Below are positions 35,942 to 44,269 of a DNA stretch of 64,000 nucleotides, piece by piece (the stretch's first letter is position 1; each line of letters begins with the position of its first letter). Origin of the DNA: a virus; the IMG/VR virus record IMGVR_UViG_3300017963_000253, positions 1 to 64,000 of that record; one strand, given 5' to 3'. Made by a program: the position numbers and the translations under genes. The notes beneath the pieces were generated by a model, which did no database searches, had not been told where the DNA came from, and was given only the letters and a program-made list of their open reading frames with translations.

Positions 35942-37082
35942 GGACCTGGAGCGGACCCAGCGGCTACTCCGACGCCTGGACCTGGAGGAGGTCCTAGAGG
36001 AGGGCCTCGGGATCGACGTCCTCTGGAGGAGCGGGGCGGACGCTTACGCGGAGTGTCCGGACCCGGAGCACGTGGACGAGAATCCGTCTTTCCACGTCTG
36101 CGTGGAGGACGTCGAGGACTCTTCCGGGCGCTCGATGCTGGGGTGGTTTAACTGCTGGAGTCACCCGGATCCGGACGGGATGCGGGGCTTCAACTTCCTA
36201 GACCTCGTTGCCAAGGTCCGGAACGACCTCTGGGGGGAGCGGGAGGACGGGCGGTTGAACTGGCCGAACGACGCGCAGCGGGCGGAGGCCGCGGCCTGGC
36301 TCCGGGAGGAGTTCCTGACCGGGGAGGAGCGGGAATCTCGGGCGGAGCTGGCGATGCGCCGCCGTCGGAGGGTCTCCGCGCCGGAGTGGCGGGAGCTGCT
36401 CTTCCCCCCGAACGTCCCTATTGATCGGGCGGAGCCACGCTTCCGGGAGTACTTGGAACGCCGGGAGATCCCGCTTCAGCGCGCCCGGGAGTTGGACGTC
36501 CGGGTCGTCTACCACGCCGGGGAGGCGCTGAAGGGAGCTATCTCCGGGACGGTCCCGGGGGTCCTCTTCCCCATCCCCTGGGAGGGGCGGGTCGTGAACT
36601 GGTTCCTCCGCGGGGTGAACAAGCGGCTGAAGTCCCGGGACAAGGGGCGGTACTGCCCGGGCCTCCCCCTCGGGAAGGGAGCCGGGGTCCTCTGGGCTCC
36701 GGACGGGCTCCCGCCGGACCGGCCGGTGGTCCTCGTGGAGGGTATCTTCGACGCGGAGCGGGTCCGGGCGTTACTCCGACGGGAGGGTCTGGAGCGCTCC
36801 GTCGCCGCCGTCCTCGGGGGGCGGCTCTACCCGGCCCAGGCGCAGCGCCTCCGGACGGTCCCGTACCTCATCCACTTAGCGGACGGGGACGACGGGGGGT
36901 TAACCTTGGGTAAGACTGTGGATGAACAGGTGGGGAGCTTCACCCGGGCGGAAGTTCGGCAGCTCCCGGAGGGTACGGACCCCGGGGACGCGCCTGAGGA
37001 CGTCCTCCTGAGGTACCTGGAGCCCCCGCGGAGCCGACTCGAGTGCAGAGTTCGGTTCCGGCGGACCCGGAGGTTGAGATGA
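35928..37082 (+). CDS. DNA primase (zinc-binding plus TOPRIM)
   Basis: CPDPEH.D.NPSF...FNCW; VLVEGIFD and DGDDGG TOPRIM motifs; DPGD. Confidence 0.85.
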   Translation: MGRARDLERTQRLLRRLDLEEVLEEGLGIDVLWRSGADAYAECPDPEHVDENPSFHVCVEDVEDSSGRSMLGWFNCWSHPDPDGMRGFNFLDLVAKVRNDLWGEREDGRLNWPNDAQRAEAAAWLREEFLTGEERESRAELAMRRRRRVSAPEWRELLFPPNVPIDRAEPRFREYLERREIPLQRARELDVRVVYHAGEALKGAISGTVPGVLFPIPWEGRVVNWFLRGVNKRLKSRDKGRYCPGLPLGKGAGVLWAPDGLPPDRPVVLVEGIFDAERVRALLRREGLERSVAAVLGGRLYPAQAQRLRTVPYLIHLADGDDGGLTLGKTVDEQVGSFTRAEVRQLPEGTDPGDAPEDVLLRYLEPPRSRLECRVRFRRTRRLR

Positions 37083-37333
37083 GAGAGGAACTGGAAGAAC
37101 TGAAGCGGGAACCGGAGGAGGAGGACACCGCGCAGCGGAGACCGCGGCGGACGTTCGTCACCCTCCCGGAGGTGGCGGAGGCGAAGGGGATCTCCCGGGT
37201 CGCCGTCCTCTACGCGATCCGGAGCGGGAAGCTCCCGGCCACCCGGATCGAGGGGCGGCGGGAGTGGATGATCCACGTCGAGGACGCGCGGAAGTACCTC
37301 TCCCTCCCCGTCCGCTCCCGCGCCGCGGTCTAA
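37079..37333 (+). CDS. excisionase-like HTH DNA-binding protein
   Basis: TLPEVAEAKGISRVAVLYAIRSGKLPATRI...W.I (HTH_17 pattern). Confidence 0.8.
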   Translation: MREELEELKREPEEEDTAQRRPRRTFVTLPEVAEAKGISRVAVLYAIRSGKLPATRIEGRREWMIHVEDARKYLSLPVRSRAAV

Positions 37334-37335
37334 TC

Positions 37336-37947
37336 GTGGGCCTCTGGGAGTTCGTCAAGCGGCACCGTTGGACGTTCGTCGCCGCCGGGGGCGTCCTCCT
37401 CCTGGCGCTCTCGGGTGTGATCTACGCGCTCGCGGTTCGACCGGGGGACCTCGGGTTTTTGGAGCGGGACGGCGCGGAGCTGAGGTGGGACCGGGCGGAC
37501 GTTCCGGTCCCCTGCTTCTACGCACCGGAGGTTCCGGAGGAGTTCCTTCAGGTCTACGATCGGGTCCGGGAGGAGACCACCCTCCCGGGGGGCGCGCTCC
37601 TCTCCCCCTGTATGCCCTGGAGGCTCGAGACGCGCCCGGAGAGCCCGCGGACGGGCTTCCTCTACCTCCGGACCCTCCCTCCTTCTTCGTGGCCCTACGG
37701 GGCGTCTGAGGGCGTCACGGAGCACGCCTACGATAAGAGGACCGGGCAGATCCTGGGGGCTACGGTCTCCGTCCGCGCGGACCTCGTCACGGACTTCCGC
37801 CTCCCCGTCCTCAGGCACGAGCTGGGGCATTCGTTAGGGCTAGCTCACGACCGGGAGCGGTCCTCTGTGATGCACGAGAATGTCTCCTGGAGGGGTGGGT
37901 TTGGGGATCGGGATCTCGAGGCGCTCCGGAAAGCCTACCTAGAGTAA
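37336..37947 (+). CDS. membrane-anchored matrixin-type zinc metallopeptidase
   Basis: N-terminal TM; HELGHSLGLAH zinc motif, SSVM Met-turn, D.EALRKAY. Confidence 0.85.
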   Translation: MGLWEFVKRHRWTFVAAGGVLLLALSGVIYALAVRPGDLGFLERDGAELRWDRADVPVPCFYAPEVPEEFLQVYDRVREETTLPGGALLSPCMPWRLETRPESPRTGFLYLRTLPPSSWPYGASEGVTEHAYDKRTGQILGATVSVRADLVTDFRLPVLRHELGHSLGLAHDRERSSVMHENVSWRGGFGDRDLEALRKAYLE

Positions 37948-38040
37948 CTTTCTTTTAAGTAATTCCAAGAACTTAAAGCTAATAATTTATTTTATATCTG
38001 GATATTTTCTTACTATATATTAAGATATTAATATGAGCCA
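37948..38040. promoter_or_regulatory. very AT-rich region with clustered inverted repeats (promoter and/or recombination site)
   Basis: TTTAAGT-N10-ACTTAAA 37954-37977; ATATC-TG-GATAT 37994-38005; TCTTA-N8-TAAGA 38008-38025. Confidence 0.55.
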
Positions 38041-38053
38041 AGGAGATAAAAAG

Positions 38054-38278
38054 ATGGATACCCTGCTTTTGAAGGTTAAGCTCTCTACCCTGATTTCTAA
38101 CTACGGGACCGCCTCTTCTTGGACCTCCCTTAAGGGCGGTAGGCTAGACCGGATGGTCTCCGCCGTAGTTAAGAACTCTTCCGCCGCGGAGGAGCTTATC
38201 TCTCTGGACGTTAATGATAATCTCTCCGCTTGTTCCTGGTTAGACCGTTACGCCGGTATCCTCCGGAGGGTAGCTTAG
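38054..38278 (+). CDS. small hypothetical protein (probable early gene)
   Basis: AAGGAG RBS upstream of ATG 38054; T-ending codon bias distinct from flanks. Confidence 0.6.
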   Translation: MDTLLLKVKLSTLISNYGTASSWTSLKGGRLDRMVSAVVKNSSAAEELISLDVNDNLSACSWLDRYAGILRRVA

Positions 38279-38303
38279 TTATAGCTCTAGAAAGGGATTA
38301 GAA

Positions 38304-38615
38304 ATGGATATCGAAAAGGCGTTGACCCCTTCTGAGACCTGGGACCTGTTGAAGGCCGGGAAGCTCTACATGGACTTCGAGGGCGACGTTCCCCTCCACG
38401 TTTGGAGCGTGGAGAACGACCGCTTCTTCCGTTACCCCGGGGAGCGGGTCTACGTCGAGAGCGAGGACGGGTGGAAGACCCTTTGGGTCAGGCAAAAGGT
38501 GAGGTCGATCTGCAGAGGTGCCAGCGGAGACGGGGTTGTCTTGAACTTCAAAAACCACAACGGAGCCTCCGGGTGGTACCCGTGGCAGAACGTGCGGCTC
38601 GAGGTGGGAAAGTGA
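38304..38615 (+). CDS. hypothetical protein
   Basis: 103 aa ORF, GTGA overlap with next gene. Confidence 0.6.
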   Translation: MDIEKALTPSETWDLLKAGKLYMDFEGDVPLHVWSVENDRFFRYPGERVYVESEDGWKTLWVRQKVRSICRGASGDGVVLNFKNHNGASGWYPWQNVRLEVGK

Positions 38616-39319
38616 AGTATATCGGGTATATACGCGTATCGACGCTAGACCAAGCCCGGACGGGCGTCTCCCTCGCGGACCAGGAGGAGAAGATCCGTCA
38701 GTACGTGGCGCTCGCGGACGGGGAACTCGTGGACGTTATCCAGGACGGGGGGCGGAGCGGGAAGGACCTCGACCGGGAAGGGGTCCAGGAGGCGTTCTCC
38801 CGGGTCCTGAACGGGGAGGCGGACGTCCTAGTGGTCTACGCCATCGACCGCCTCTCTCGTTCCGCTCTGGACCTCCTGCAGCTGGTCTCGAAGCTTAGGG
38901 ACGGGAAGCGGGGGTTCGCTTCCGTCCGGGAGCAGATGGACTCAACTACGCCCCACGGACGGTTCACGATGACGATCCTCGCGGCGGTCGCGGAGATGGA
39001 GCGGGAGATGATTCGCTCCCGCTGCCGCGACGCCTCCGCGCGCTGCGTTCGGGACGGGCGGGTCTGGGGGAAGGTCCCCTTCGGCTACCAGAGGGACCGG
39101 GGTGGGAAGCGCCTGATCGAGGACCCCGTCGAGATGGAGGTCCTCCGCGGGATCCTGTCTCTCCGGGACGCGGGGTACAGCTACGCGAAGATCGCCGCCC
39201 ACCTGAACCGTCGCGGTCGGGGACCGAAGATCGGCGCGCGCTGGTACCCCTCCTCCGTTCGCTCCGTCGTACTGACCCACCAAAAGTACCGCGAGGTTCG
39301 TAGCTTACGAGAGGGTTGA
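38612..39319 (+). CDS. serine recombinase (resolvase family with short C-terminal DNA-binding part)
   Basis: YIRVST.DQ, D.G.SGK..DR.G, VY.IDRLSRS, AE.ERE.I..R, PFGY motifs. Confidence 0.92.
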   Translation: MKYIGYIRVSTLDQARTGVSLADQEEKIRQYVALADGELVDVIQDGGRSGKDLDREGVQEAFSRVLNGEADVLVVYAIDRLSRSALDLLQLVSKLRDGKRGFASVREQMDSTTPHGRFTMTILAAVAEMEREMIRSRCRDASARCVRDGRVWGKVPFGYQRDRGGKRLIEDPVEMEVLRGILSLRDAGYSYAKIAAHLNRRGRGPKIGARWYPSSVRSVVLTHQKYREVRSLREG

Positions 39320-39328
39320 GATTTACCC

Positions 39329-39357
39329 TTTACAGGAGTTAAAAAAGGAGATTTAAT
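39329..39357 (+). promoter_or_regulatory. sigma70-like promoter
   Basis: TTTACA-17 nt-TTTAAT upstream of GAGGAGG RBS. Confidence 0.5.
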
Positions 39358-39391
39358 CGCCGGTCTGACCAACCGAGGAGGTCTCACCAAA

Positions 39392-40036
39392 ATGGATAGT
39401 CGAGAGCTGGCCCTTCGGGCCTACCGTTCCAATCCCTCCAATTCCACCTTCCGGCGCGTCGAGTCGGAGTACCGCGGCTGGCTGACGACGGTTTCCGGAA
39501 GCGTCCTCCGGAGGTACCCAGGTTTGACCGGGGTCCGGGAGGACGTCTTGAACGAGGGCCTCCTGGCCCTCTCCCGGAGCGTCAGGCGGTTTCTCTGGTT
39601 CTGCGGGCGCTGCGGAGCGCCGTTCCTCGAGTTCTCGGACCTCCGCGCTCACGCCGCGGCGGAGCACCGCGTCCGCGGGGAGGTGGAGCTGGTCTCCCTC
39701 CGGAAGTTCGCGGAGCAGTCCGCCGGGTACGCCATGAAGCGGACCGCGCTCCGGCTCTACCGTCCGGAGGTCCCCAGCGAGTTCTCGGAGCAGGTCCCGG
39801 ACGAGCGCTGGAGCCGGGACGTCCTAGACGTGGAGCTGCTGGTCCGGCGCGCGGAGCTTCGGATGAGCCGGGACGCCCTCCACCTCCTCCACCGCGTTCT
39901 GGGGACGCCGGAGCCGGATCCCCTCGCCCCGGAGGAGCCGGGTCTCCCGGAGCTGAGGGACCTCCTCCGGGACCTCCCTCAGGCTCATCTTGGTTATGAG
40001 TCCCCGAAGGAGGCGACATGTCGGTACCGGAACTAG
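39392..40036 (+). CDS. sigma70-family-like factor with inserted C2H2 zinc finger
   Basis: Region-2-like EDVLNEGLLALSRSVRRF...SLRKFA...AMKR interrupted by CGRCGAPFLEFSDLRAHAAAEH. Confidence 0.6.
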   Translation: MDSRELALRAYRSNPSNSTFRRVESEYRGWLTTVSGSVLRRYPGLTGVREDVLNEGLLALSRSVRRFLWFCGRCGAPFLEFSDLRAHAAAEHRVRGEVELVSLRKFAEQSAGYAMKRTALRLYRPEVPSEFSEQVPDERWSRDVLDVELLVRRAELRMSRDALHLLHRVLGTPEPDPLAPEEPGLPELRDLLRDLPQAHLGYESPKEATCRYRN

Positions 40037-40725
40037 AGGGACCTCGTTTCAAGCAACTGAACCTGAGCACGCTGCGGAAGACGTCCGCGGAGGTCCTGGG
40101 CTTCGAGCCCCAGGGTCGGAAGATCCGGGAGGCTCACGCGGAGGTGATGGCGGAGCTGGACCGCCGGAGGCACGAACTCCCCTACGTCTGCGGGCGGTGC
40201 AACTCCTCCTTGGACGGGGAGATGAGCAAGTGCTGGGCCTGCGGGTCCGTGATCCAGGACGAGGCGGAGGACGCGCCGCGGATGACCACTGAGGAGGTCG
40301 AGAGTCGCGCCGGGAAGCTGGGGATTGACCCTGGGGAGAAGGGGGAGGAGGAACTCCGCGCGGAGGTGGAGGCGGCGGAGAAGCGGAAGCGGAACCGCCG
40401 CGGGGACCTCGGGGGGATGGAGGCGGAGCGCCTGAACGAGCAGTTGACGGAGGCGATGGGGGACGGTTGGCGGAAGGATAGGACAAAGTTGTATATTTCC
40501 TATTTTGATCCAAGTGGTCAGAAGAGAATCGGAGTCTACAATCGTGGGCTTCAAGTACAATTTTCCGTCAATGATGGAGTTTTGGATCACTTCGAAAATT
40601 TGGAATTTTTGGACAAGGATGCACGACGCAGACGGCACACGGGGCGGACTAACTATATCTATGTTGGGGACGTCTCCCGCGAGGCCTTAGAGGTCGCTCT
40701 CTTCGTTCTACGCAAGTACAGCTGA
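40018..40725 (+). CDS. hypothetical zinc-ribbon protein
   Basis: CGRC...CWAC; AGGAGG RBS. Confidence 0.65.
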   Translation: MSVPELEGPRFKQLNLSTLRKTSAEVLGFEPQGRKIREAHAEVMAELDRRRHELPYVCGRCNSSLDGEMSKCWACGSVIQDEAEDAPRMTTEEVESRAGKLGIDPGEKGEEELRAEVEAAEKRKRNRRGDLGGMEAERLNEQLTEAMGDGWRKDRTKLYISYFDPSGQKRIGVYNRGLQVQFSVNDGVLDHFENLEFLDKDARRRRHTGRTNYIYVGDVSREALEVALFVLRKYS

Positions 40726-40736
40726 CGGGGCTTCTG

Positions 40737-41684
40737 ATGAAGCCTGAAGAGACGCTCGTCCTCGGGGCCGGTCCCGTGGGCTTGATTGCGGCGGAGATCC
40801 TGGGGGCGCGCTACGTGGTGGGGAAGGATCCCGGGGGTTCCAAGACCCTTCGCAACCTGGCTCCAACCTACCTCTGGTGGACCCCCTCTGTGGAGCGCTT
40901 CCTCCTGGATCTTGGGCTGAATTGGGGATCTCGCTGGGTTAAGTTTGGGTGGCTTTGCTCGGGTGAGGTTAGGGACGCCCCCTCCGAGGCGGACTTGAAG
41001 AGCTATTACCGGCGTAGCCGCGGGGGCGTCTCCGGGAAAGTACCCTCCTCCGTGGCCTCCTCCGGGAAGCCGGGGGAGATCGAGGTCTCCAGCGTTCCCC
41101 TGGAGCAGATAATCGACCTTCTCTTGGAGAGGAACCTGATTTACGAGATGGAGGTGGAGTCTATCTTCCACTTGGGAACGGTGATCCGGTTCAATCAATC
41201 CCCGACGGTGGAGTTCCCCGCTACTACGTTGGTCAACACGCTCCCGAGGTCGGTCTTCTGTGAGATGATATTCCCGAAGATGGAGTTCCCACCGGAGGCA
41301 AAGGCGGGTTGGAAGACCTTCGTAAGTGGGGACGCCTACACTAGTGCGTTGGACCGGGTATGGGAGGAGCGGGAGCTTGACTTCCTCTACGTAGCGGACG
41401 AATCGCTCCCGTTCGAGCGCGTGAAGTTCCTGCATGATTCCTGGAAGAACGAGAGGTTCGTCTACGAGTTCAACGCGGTGTCAGTCCCGCCGGAATTCCT
41501 GGATCTGGTCCATGGGAAGCAGGTTTACTCCGCGCCGCTGCAGATCTCGGAGGTCTCCACCCGTCCCAGGGTGGAGGAGTTGGGGGGTAGGGTCCGGAAC
41601 GTCGGGCGGTTGGCGCGGTGGGATCACTCTATCCGCCTTCACGACGTGATAGAGGAACTCTATCGCTGGAGGGATGTACGATGA
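40737..41684 (+). CDS. FAD-dependent oxidoreductase (UDP-galactopyranose mutase/HemY superfamily-like)
   Basis: VLGAGPVGL.AA Rossmann motif, LVNTLP, C-terminal GRLARW. Confidence 0.7.
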   Translation: MKPEETLVLGAGPVGLIAAEILGARYVVGKDPGGSKTLRNLAPTYLWWTPSVERFLLDLGLNWGSRWVKFGWLCSGEVRDAPSEADLKSYYRRSRGGVSGKVPSSVASSGKPGEIEVSSVPLEQIIDLLLERNLIYEMEVESIFHLGTVIRFNQSPTVEFPATTLVNTLPRSVFCEMIFPKMEFPPEAKAGWKTFVSGDAYTSALDRVWEERELDFLYVADESLPFERVKFLHDSWKNERFVYEFNAVSVPPEFLDLVHGKQVYSAPLQISEVSTRPRVEELGGRVRNVGRLARWDHSIRLHDVIEELYRWRDVR

Positions 41685-42628
41685 AGGACGCGTTGGAGGA
41701 GATCTTCGAGACCCAGACCGCGTTCAACCGGAGGTTCTTCGCGGATCGTGGCTTGGACCTGGCGGAACTCTCCGGAGCGGACCGGGCGCAGTGGACGAAG
41801 CAATTCGTCCTCCACGTGGAGGGGGAGCTTCACGAGCTACTCCGGGAGACGAACTGGAAGATGCATCGCCTGGAGGGGAAGCGGGTCAACCGGGGGAACG
41901 TTCTGGAGGAGTGGACGGACTGCTTCAAGTTCCTGCTCGGGCTCGCCAACGTCTGGGGGTTCTCCGCCTCCGAGGTCCTGGAGGAGTTCCGCCGGAAGTC
42001 CCGGGTGGTGGACTACCGTTACGGGATGGAGCAGCGTCTCCGGGCGATCTCTCCGGGGAGTCCGGTGGTGGCGGTGGACATCGACGGGGTTCTGAACGAC
42101 TACCCAGGTTGCTTCCTCCGCTGGGTTTCCCCCCCAGCTGAAGAACCGTTCGAGACGCTTGCGGCGCTCCGGGAGAAGGTGGGTCCCAAGCGGTACCGGG
42201 AGATCAAGGACGAGTACCGGAAGAGCGGGGCGAAGCGGGAGCAGGGGGTTCGACCCGGTGCGCGGGAGATGCTCAACGGACTCCGCGCCGCCGGTTACTC
42301 CGTGGTCCTACTATCCAAGCGTCCCTACTGGCGGTTCTACCGGATCTACGCGGATACGCTGGAGTGGCTGGAGCGGAACGGGCTCCGCTGCGACGCGGTC
42401 CTCTTCCACCGGGAGAAGCACCGGAAGATCCTGGAGGACTTCCCTAACCTTATCGCGATGGTGGAGGACGACCCCGCGGTGGCGCGGGAGATCCTCTCCA
42501 TCGGGGTGGAGGTCTTCTTGGTAGAGGGGGAGCTGAACGTAGGGGCGGAGGTACCCGGGGCAAACAGAATTTCCAACGTCGCGGACGTCGTGACGGAACT
42601 GGAGGAGATTGGGTATGAGTCACGATAG
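41681..42628 (+). CDS. dimeric dUTPase/MazG-type dNTP pyrophosphatase fused to HAD nucleotidase
   Basis: ELHELL.E.NWKMH...VLEEWTD.FKFLL; then VAVDIDGVL...LSKR...K...MVEDDP (HAD motifs I-IV). Confidence 0.85.
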   Translation: MKDALEEIFETQTAFNRRFFADRGLDLAELSGADRAQWTKQFVLHVEGELHELLRETNWKMHRLEGKRVNRGNVLEEWTDCFKFLLGLANVWGFSASEVLEEFRRKSRVVDYRYGMEQRLRAISPGSPVVAVDIDGVLNDYPGCFLRWVSPPAEEPFETLAALREKVGPKRYREIKDEYRKSGAKREQGVRPGAREMLNGLRAAGYSVVLLSKRPYWRFYRIYADTLEWLERNGLRCDAVLFHREKHRKILEDFPNLIAMVEDDPAVAREILSIGVEVFLVEGELNVGAEVPGANRISNVADVVTELEEIGYESR

Positions 42629-43736
42629 AGTAGAGGAGATCCGGAAGTTGCGACGCCTGATGGGAACCGCTCCAGAGGCGGAGCCTGAGTTCGAGACGAA
42701 GTTCTACCGCGGGGTAGAGGGGATCCGCGTGAAGCTGGTAGATGGACCTCGGAACCCCTACCGGGCGATGTACGCGATGGGGGTCTCTACCTGGGGGCAT
42801 ATTCACTCTTTAGCTACTGACCGTTGGGAGGATACACCGCCGGAGGCCCGGGAGGCGGTAGTCCGGGCGGTCCTAGGGTTTAACGCCCTCCCGCTAGCGA
42901 TGGAGGCCCCGAAGTTTACGTTCGAGGTCTATAACCTTACGCGGTGGAGCTTCGATCAGATCGCCCGCGCGCGGATCGGGGCGGTCTTCGCTTCCCTCGG
43001 GACGCGGGATAACAACCATTTGGGGATCCCCTTCCGGATGCACGAGGCGACTTGGAGGAACGAGTCGAAGCGAGGTCTCTTTGTGGGCAACGCCAAGAAC
43101 GCCAAGGACGCGTACCGGACGTTGGTGGAGAGTGGGAGGGGGAGTTGGCAGGAGGCGCGGACGTTCCTCCCGATCTCGGTGGTCCATCGCTTCACGATGT
43201 CGATCAACTTCCTTGCCCTCCGGGGGATGTGCGCCCGGAGGATGACCTTCTCGGAGGCGGAGGACACTGTTGCGGTGGCGTGGCTCCTTCGAGACCGTTT
43301 GATGAAGGCGGACGCCTACCCGCTTCTCGCCGCCCATCTTCGACCCGCTTGTGACGGCGCGGGGACCTGCCGGTATCACAAGGCTCACACGATTTCAGAG
43401 GCCTTTGGGTGTCTTTTCAAGAGCTGTGGTCGACACCCGGTGAAGAGCGCCCCCGGGAACCCGGATTTCGATTACGAGTATGCGGACTTTAACGTCAGTT
43501 GTTCGGACCGAAAGACGATTCAGGATCAGCTGCAGATTTCGATCCCGGAGCGGACCATGGATCCTGACAAGGTGGAACTTACTTCCCGCGACCGTTTCCT
43601 CTTAGGATTTCAGGCTCAGAATGAGGAGGAGTTTGAAGATTGGAGGTGGTACGCGCAGGCGGAGAGAGGGGTGGATGCAAACCCGTTCCCCCTCCCGGAT
43701 TCCGGGGCTGCAGTTGAACCGGTGGACCTCCCGTGA
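42615..43736 (+). CDS. thyX: divergent flavin-dependent thymidylate synthase homolog
   Basis: E.PKFTF.V..LTR...DQIARAR, QEARTFLP, C-terminal P.C....TC...CGR; signature residues altered. Confidence 0.8.
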   Translation: MSHDRVEEIRKLRRLMGTAPEAEPEFETKFYRGVEGIRVKLVDGPRNPYRAMYAMGVSTWGHIHSLATDRWEDTPPEAREAVVRAVLGFNALPLAMEAPKFTFEVYNLTRWSFDQIARARIGAVFASLGTRDNNHLGIPFRMHEATWRNESKRGLFVGNAKNAKDAYRTLVESGRGSWQEARTFLPISVVHRFTMSINFLALRGMCARRMTFSEAEDTVAVAWLLRDRLMKADAYPLLAAHLRPACDGAGTCRYHKAHTISEAFGCLFKSCGRHPVKSAPGNPDFDYEYADFNVSCSDRKTIQDQLQISIPERTMDPDKVELTSRDRFLLGFQAQNEEEFEDWRWYAQAERGVDANPFPLPDSGAAVEPVDLP

Positions 43737-44269
43737 TCCGCGCGCTGGAGGGGGTGAACTTCGTCGGGAAAAGTACGGCTACTAATCTTCTCTCTGTGGA
43801 GTTTGGTTTTCCTGTTTATTCGGATCCTGGAAGGCATGGATTGTTTGAAGATTGGTTAGTTCCGTTTTCTCCGCGTGAATGGCAGGTTCAAGGGACTCAA
43901 AATGCATTAGCTAGTACAGTGTTTTCCAACTGGGTAGACGTAATTTTGGATCGCTGGATCCTCTCGAATTTGGTTCACGATGAGGAGCGGGGATTGAAAA
44001 TCCCGGACCGCGTTATCTGGAAAATTTTGGAGTTGACTGATAATGCGAGGGTGTACCTCCTACATGCGGATCTTTCGGTGGTGTTGGAGCGAGCGGAGGA
44101 GCGTGGTGTGGTAGTAACTGATTCGCTCCGGGATACGATATTCAAGCGGGCAGAAGCCTTTCTTCGTTGGGCCACCGTTTTGGATTCTTACTATGGGGTC
44201 GAAGTTTATCTCGTTAACGCAAACTGGAGTAGTGGAGAGGTTTTCGATGCGATATATCGTAACTGGTAG
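43733..44269 (+). CDS. dNMP (thymidylate-like) kinase
   Basis: ALEGVNFVGKST P-loop, VILDRWILSNLV, LERAEER lid. Confidence 0.85.
   Translation: MIRALEGVNFVGKSTATNLLSVEFGFPVYSDPGRHGLFEDWLVPFSPREWQVQGTQNALASTVFSNWVDVILDRWILSNLVHDEERGLKIPDRVIWKILELTDNARVYLLHADLSVVLERAEERGVVVTDSLRDTIFKRAEAFLRWATVLDSYYGVEVYLVNANWSSGEVFDAIYRNW

Noticed and set aside
38612-39319. IS607-like transposon or large serine integrase
   Set aside because: No N-terminal HTH or TnpB partner; too short for a large serine integrase
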